A DNA stretch of 41,169 nucleotides from positions 1 through 41,169 of the IMG/VR virus record IMGVR_UViG_3300032219_002585. One strand, 5' to 3'. Under the pieces are notes generated by a model, which did not search any database, was not told where the DNA came from, and saw nothing but the letters and a program-made list of their open reading frames with translations. Below are positions 36,754 to 41,169 of the stretch, one piece after another (the first letter of the stretch is position 1; every line of letters begins with the position of its first letter). The DNA is from a virus. Its lineage: Duplodnaviria; Caudoviricetes. A program made the position numbers and the translations under genes.

Positions 36754-37950
36754 ATGTCTAAAGTTTTATTAGAAAGCCGTTGGGGCGAGACCAAAGAAGC
36801 TCTGTTAGAAGGCTTAAAAGGAACTCGTCGTTCAACAATGGGTGTTATCTTAGAAAACACCAAAAAACAGCTATTAGCTGAAAGTACCGCCGGTACAACA
36901 ACTGCTGGCAATATCGCAACACTAAACCGTGTTATTCTTCCAGTTATTCGTCGTGTCATGCCAACCGTTATTGCTAACGAGTTGGTAGGTGTTCAGCCAA
37001 TGACCGGTCCAGTTGGTCAGATTCACACATTGCGTGTTCGTTATGCCCAGTCATTAGCAGACACTTCAGCAGCACAAACTGGTGTTGTCGCAGGTGAAGA
37101 AGCACTAAGCCCATTCAAAATTGCTCAGGCATATTCACGAACAACATTGGGTGCTACAACAACTGATGGTTATACTGCTGCCTCAACAGCTTCACTCGAG
37201 GGTAACGGTGGTAAACAGATTAGCGTTCAGATTCTACGTCAAGCGGTCGAGGCTAAGTCACGCAAGCTACAAGCTCGTTGGACTTTCGAAGCCGCACAAG
37301 ATGCTCAGTCACAACATGGTATCGACGTTGAAGCAGAAATTATGGCTGCCTTGGCACAAGAAATTACTGCTGAGATCGACCAAGAGATTCTCTTATCATT
37401 GCGTACTCTAGCAACAACTGAGTTTACATATAACCAAGCTACCGTTTCAGGTACAGCTACATATGTTGGTGACGAACATGCTGCTTTGGCTGTTCTAATC
37501 AATCGTGTTGCTAACTTGATAGCACAGCGTACACGCCGTGGAGCCGGTAACTGGGCAGTTGTATCAAGTGCTGCATTGACTGTTCTACAGTCAGCAACAA
37601 CTTCAGCATTTGCTCGTACAACTGAAGGTACATTTGAGGCACCAACAAATACAAAATTCGTCGGTACATTAAACGGCGCAATGCGTGTTTTCGTTGACTC
37701 ATACGCACCTGATACAACTCCAGTACTAGTAGGGTACAAAGGTTCGTCAGAGACTGATGCAGCAGCATTCTACTGCCCATACATTCCTCTAATGAGCAGT
37801 GGTGTTGTTCTAGACCCAGCAACATTTGAACCAGTGGTTAGCTTTATGACTCGTTACGGATACATTGAATTAACTAATACTTCTTCAAGTTTTGGCAACG
37901 CTGCTGATTATGTTGGTGAAATTAACGTGAGTAACCTTACTTTCCAATAA
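36754..37950 (+). CDS. gp23: Major capsid protein, T4 gp23-like
   Basis: RRVMPTVIANELVGVQPMTGPVGQI, AKSRKLQARWTFEAAQD, AFYCPYIPL, FMTRYG; AGGAG ribosome-binding site. Confidence 0.97.
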   Translation: MSKVLLESRWGETKEALLEGLKGTRRSTMGVILENTKKQLLAESTAGTTTAGNIATLNRVILPVIRRVMPTVIANELVGVQPMTGPVGQIHTLRVRYAQSLADTSAAQTGVVAGEEALSPFKIAQAYSRTTLGATTTDGYTAASTASLEGNGGKQISVQILRQAVEAKSRKLQARWTFEAAQDAQSQHGIDVEAEIMAALAQEITAEIDQEILLSLRTLATTEFTYNQATVSGTATYVGDEHAALAVLINRVANLIAQRTRRGAGNWAVVSSAALTVLQSATTSAFARTTEGTFEAPTNTKFVGTLNGAMRVFVDSYAPDTTPVLVGYKGSSETDAAAFYCPYIPLMSSGVVLDPATFEPVVSFMTRYGYIELTNTSSSFGNAADYVGEINVSNLTFQ

Positions 37951-37973
37951 GTTTAGGATTGCTTTACTAAGTA

Positions 37974-38005
37974 AAACAAAAAGGGCATTAATGCCCTTTT
38001 TGTTT
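37974..38005. terminator. Bidirectional intrinsic terminator
   Basis: 32-bp perfect palindrome AAACAAAAAGGGCATTAATGCCCTTTTTGTTT between the convergent capsid and endonuclease genes. Confidence 0.88.
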
Positions 38006-38072
38006 ACAAACCCACTTAAAAATGATATCATGTGACTTAGGATCCGAACTTGTGTTCTAATATTGACCTAGC

Positions 38073-39884
38073 TTATACTATTTTAACAAACTTGATCTTA
38101 CCACAATCCCAAATACGATCAAACTTTAATTCAAACATCAATTGTTTTTCTGTTTTGCCAGTAATATCCACATTGTACTTTTTCTTAATGATTTCTTTTC
38201 GATAATTGAATTTGTGCTCTCGTGTTATATAATCAGTGTATTGGTAATCAGGTAGCAGATTTTTTTCAACAGTAAATCCGGTCTTCAAGTACACATCTCC
38301 TTTACTCCACCTCAAGTCTGCTATCGTGGTGAACTTAGTGATTTCAAGAGTAGTAGTGATGTACTTCAAAAATTTCGAAAATAATCCAGGATAAGAATTT
38401 GCCATGTCAGTACAAAATCTGGCGATATCACATGTTGTTCCTGATACTTTTTTAAGTAGCAAAACTGCCACAATCTTGCCATCATGTCGGCCAACATAAG
38501 ATTGACTGACGGCATCTAATTTGCCTTGAATATGATATTGGTCTACAAATTCTTTTAATTCTGTAGTATATTTTTCATTAGTAATTGAGATTTTTCTAGC
38601 TCCCACAACGCTATTGGTTTTGCCGCACAAGTGCTTAATGTGATTGACGATGATTTGATGTTTAGATACCCACTCGTCTTCAAAAATAGTCAACAATTGG
38701 ACACCCCTATCCATACATTGTTTGGTTTTGGTGGCATGATAATCTGGCATTTTGCTACCCGATTTCTCGCTATGCCAGTACAATCCATTGAATTCGATTG
38801 CAATATCATGACTTGGAATGAAAAAATCAACTTGCCGAGGATAGCACAACTGCGTGTAATTCCTTTTGTACTGAATTTGAAGATTATCTAGTATGCTAGA
38901 GATTTCTTCCTCATACCTTGATTTTGTCTCCCTCTTCAAAATAGTAAACCCATACCTGTCATGGTATGAATACAGCACTTCTTTATTGATTTTATATTTT
39001 TCGCTAATGCTTGTTAGAGAGTTAGTTTCTAACTCTTTTTTCAAGCTCTCCATGTCCATTAGCAAAGCGTATGCCTGATCATTGTGATTGATATGGGCTG
39101 GGTTATTCCTACCATGATTCTTGAACAAAGTGTTTTGACTTTTTGTCAAAAATACTAAACTTTTCATAGGATGATCCACGCCATACTTGTCAATGAGTGT
39201 AGATTTAATTTTGCTCTGGATGACATTGACTTGGAATGGATTTAAATCATTGTTTTGGTCGCTAAAGGCTTTTCTAGCAATTGCCATGTCATTGGTATAA
39301 CCATGATTTTCGACAAAAGACTCTTTTGCACGCTGGCGTATAGCCTCTGATTGAAAGGGATATTCCACCCCATGGTTTTTTAATGTGGTTTGTTTGATTT
39401 GTTGTTTAATGGTTTCATCAAACATAGGGTAATCAACCCCGTATTTTTGTTGATTGCTTTGCTTGACCCGATTTTTCACTGAATCTGCTTTGGATGACCA
39501 GTCAACCCCATACTTTTTTAAGCAGGTATTTCTCACATTACTAATCATGTTAGAATATGAATTGGTTGTTTCCCAAACACCTTTTAAAGTTTGGCTATGA
39601 TCTTTTCCTTTGGATGGGCAGGTTAACGAGCAATATTTTCTGTACCCTTTGACAAATGTGTTGAAAACTGCATCATCCCCACATGGGCATTTGGCGGGTA
39701 ATACGGCGTGGTAAATGCAATACAATGTTTCTGCTATAGTCTTAGCACCAATTGTTTGCTGGTGTGAAACTACCGCCTTAAACATTTCTGGCTTGGCCTT
39801 TATTGCGCGGCCGTATCCCTTTGAATTTGGAATAGAAGCGAGCAATTTGGTAATATCGTTCAACATTTTGGTATATTCAGTCAT
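38073..39884 (-). CDS. Free-standing putative homing endonuclease (Hef-like), copy 3
   Basis: CPCG...YCSLTC, KYG/NHG repeats, SRYEEEI...VDFFIP...AIEFNGLYWHSE, DIARFC...TTIAD...YLKTGF, KFDRIWDCG. Confidence 0.75.
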   Translation of the reverse strand: MTEYTKMLNDITKLLASIPNSKGYGRAIKAKPEMFKAVVSHQQTIGAKTIAETLYCIYHAVLPAKCPCGDDAVFNTFVKGYRKYCSLTCPSKGKDHSQTLKGVWETTNSYSNMISNVRNTCLKKYGVDWSSKADSVKNRVKQSNQQKYGVDYPMFDETIKQQIKQTTLKNHGVEYPFQSEAIRQRAKESFVENHGYTNDMAIARKAFSDQNNDLNPFQVNVIQSKIKSTLIDKYGVDHPMKSLVFLTKSQNTLFKNHGRNNPAHINHNDQAYALLMDMESLKKELETNSLTSISEKYKINKEVLYSYHDRYGFTILKRETKSRYEEEISSILDNLQIQYKRNYTQLCYPRQVDFFIPSHDIAIEFNGLYWHSEKSGSKMPDYHATKTKQCMDRGVQLLTIFEDEWVSKHQIIVNHIKHLCGKTNSVVGARKISITNEKYTTELKEFVDQYHIQGKLDAVSQSYVGRHDGKIVAVLLLKKVSGTTCDIARFCTDMANSYPGLFSKFLKYITTTLEITKFTTIADLRWSKGDVYLKTGFTVEKNLLPDYQYTDYITREHKFNYRKEIIKKKYNVDITGKTEKQLMFELKFDRIWDCGKIKFVKIV

Positions 39885-39888
39885 ATGG

Positions 39889-41169
39889 CTAGGTCAATGT
39901 TAGAACCCAAGTTCGGGTCCCACAGTCCCAAATTCGTAGATATCCTAATTCGTCCATTAAAGTTTTTTCAGTCTTGGTATTATCAAACCCTGCCTTCACC
40001 AAATTATGTTTTGCGAATTTGTACCGGTGGAACGCTAATTTTTTAACGGGATCGTAGTACCAATAGCCTACTTTATTGTCCTTTTCCAAGGTGAATCCTA
40101 ACTTTTGGTACATTTCTCCATGAGAATATTGGTTGTCTGAGTAGCTTATTATTTGGTTAGGGCCATGAGTATCGATGAAATGTTTCAGCAGTTTGCTGGC
40201 TCCCCCAATCACTAGCCTATCAGTCGCATATCTTACTAATTCGAATGTGCCAGGTCCTCGGTCTTTTCCAATACCAGAACGGTTTTTTGAAAAGGTCATT
40301 ACGGCGACTAATGTAGAGCCATTGAAAAGCCCATGACATATTTGAGAAACACAATATCCCTGAATGTGGTTTGAATTTAAGAACGACTTTGTTTCTGCTG
40401 GGGCTAATTCAGTGATTATGGTTTGTCGGGCTCCAATTTTAGCTTTATCCCCCCTATGAACCTTATTTTTAATTTTTTCCTTCCAGATGGCTTTTTTGTT
40501 GTCCCATGAATTTCCAAAAATAGTGAATAGGGTGATACCATTATCTTCGCATTTTTTGAACTTGTCGTAATGGTACGTTTTACTGATGTGAGGAATCTTG
40601 TCATGGTGCCAGTATATACCGTTATACTCAATAGCCAAATTGTATTCAGGTATGAATATGTCTAGTTCTTTCCCAATTAATTTACGGTTGTTCGTGATTA
40701 TATTAGTGATACCCAAAGTATTCAAAAAGCACACGATTTCTTGTTCAAATGTGGATTTGTATGGTTCCCTAAACCCATGCAAATTGAGGTAATGGTACAC
40801 AGTTTGGGGATGAAGTTTTAATTTCTCGGCGATCTCTTCAACTGAGAATTTAGGAAATAGGGTCCCTAGTATTTCCTCACTCCTTAGGAAGTCTAAATTA
40901 GGATTTTGTTTTTCCTCAGTTAAGGACCAAGTATTTTTAACCCCGTACTTTGTCAGGCAAGTGGCTTCGGCCTTCTTTCTATTGTTGAATGTGGGAGTGC
41001 CGTGATTAGTTAATTTAGTCTGTTTGATTTGGGCAGAAACTGCCATTACTTTGTTCATATCCTCGTAGAACATTTTATGAGCAGTAGTTGCATTTAATGT
41101 CTGCCCGTTATTAATGACCCCATATTTTTTCAACGTAGTCTGTTTTCTTTTTTGGTTCTCGGCCTCAAT
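39889..41169 (-). CDS. Free-standing putative homing endonuclease (Hef-like), copy 4; 5' end beyond the right edge
   Basis: Frame open to the edge (IEAENQKRKQTTLKKYG...); STFEQEI...ELDIFIP...AIEYNGIYWH, FELVRYA...GGASKLL...ISYSD...YQKLGF, GYLRIWDCG. Confidence 0.75.
   Translation of the reverse strand: MEAENQKRKQTTLKKYGVINNGQTLNATTAHKMFYEDMNKVMAVSAQIKQTKLTNHGTPTFNNRKKAEATCLTKYGVKNTWSLTEEKQNPNLDFLRSEEILGTLFPKFSVEEIAEKLKLHPQTVYHYLNLHGFREPYKSTFEQEIVCFLNTLGITNIITNNRKLIGKELDIFIPEYNLAIEYNGIYWHHDKIPHISKTYHYDKFKKCEDNGITLFTIFGNSWDNKKAIWKEKIKNKVHRGDKAKIGARQTIITELAPAETKSFLNSNHIQGYCVSQICHGLFNGSTLVAVMTFSKNRSGIGKDRGPGTFELVRYATDRLVIGGASKLLKHFIDTHGPNQIISYSDNQYSHGEMYQKLGFTLEKDNKVGYWYYDPVKKLAFHRYKFAKHNLVKAGFDNTKTEKTLMDELGYLRIWDCGTRTWVLTLT

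Noticed and set aside
27483-37825. Minus-strand ORFs over the tape-measure, portal, scaffold and capsid genes
   Set aside because: They are antisense shadows produced by the codon bias of the real genes.
39884-39891. Stop-codon reassignment or TAG read-through fusing endonuclease copies 4 and 3
   Set aside because: The two genes are in different frames, and all core genes are intact under the standard code.

Overview
This 41 kb window comes from a large, AT-rich, T4-related myovirus that uses the standard genetic code. The left arm (minus strand) is a baseplate/tail cluster: a >2200-aa virion protein running off the edge, gp6-, gp25- and gp5-like genes, a hub-like protein, a gp53/LysM-like gene and a tube-initiator-like gene. 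The middle (plus strand) holds a gp55-like late sigma factor interrupted by a 327-aa intein, a free-standing endonuclease, gp47/gp46 (Mre11/Rad50-like) and a Holliday junction resolvase. A ~1.1 kb region with no credible gene follows. It has its own sigma70-type promoter and dense, strand-biased secondary structure with long-range pairings, and is the best candidate here for an undescribed large structured RNA or RNA-primed origin. Next are a gp26/gp51-like pair joined by a canonical -1 slippery heptamer, a tape-measure protein with a lysozyme domain, and the head cluster (portal, core, protease, scaffold, major capsid). Four paralogous genes combining KYG repeats, a PD-(D/E)xK nuclease and a GNAT/Mom-like domain sit beside essential genes. 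All calls rest on motif recognition and gene order. No database search or folding program was run.
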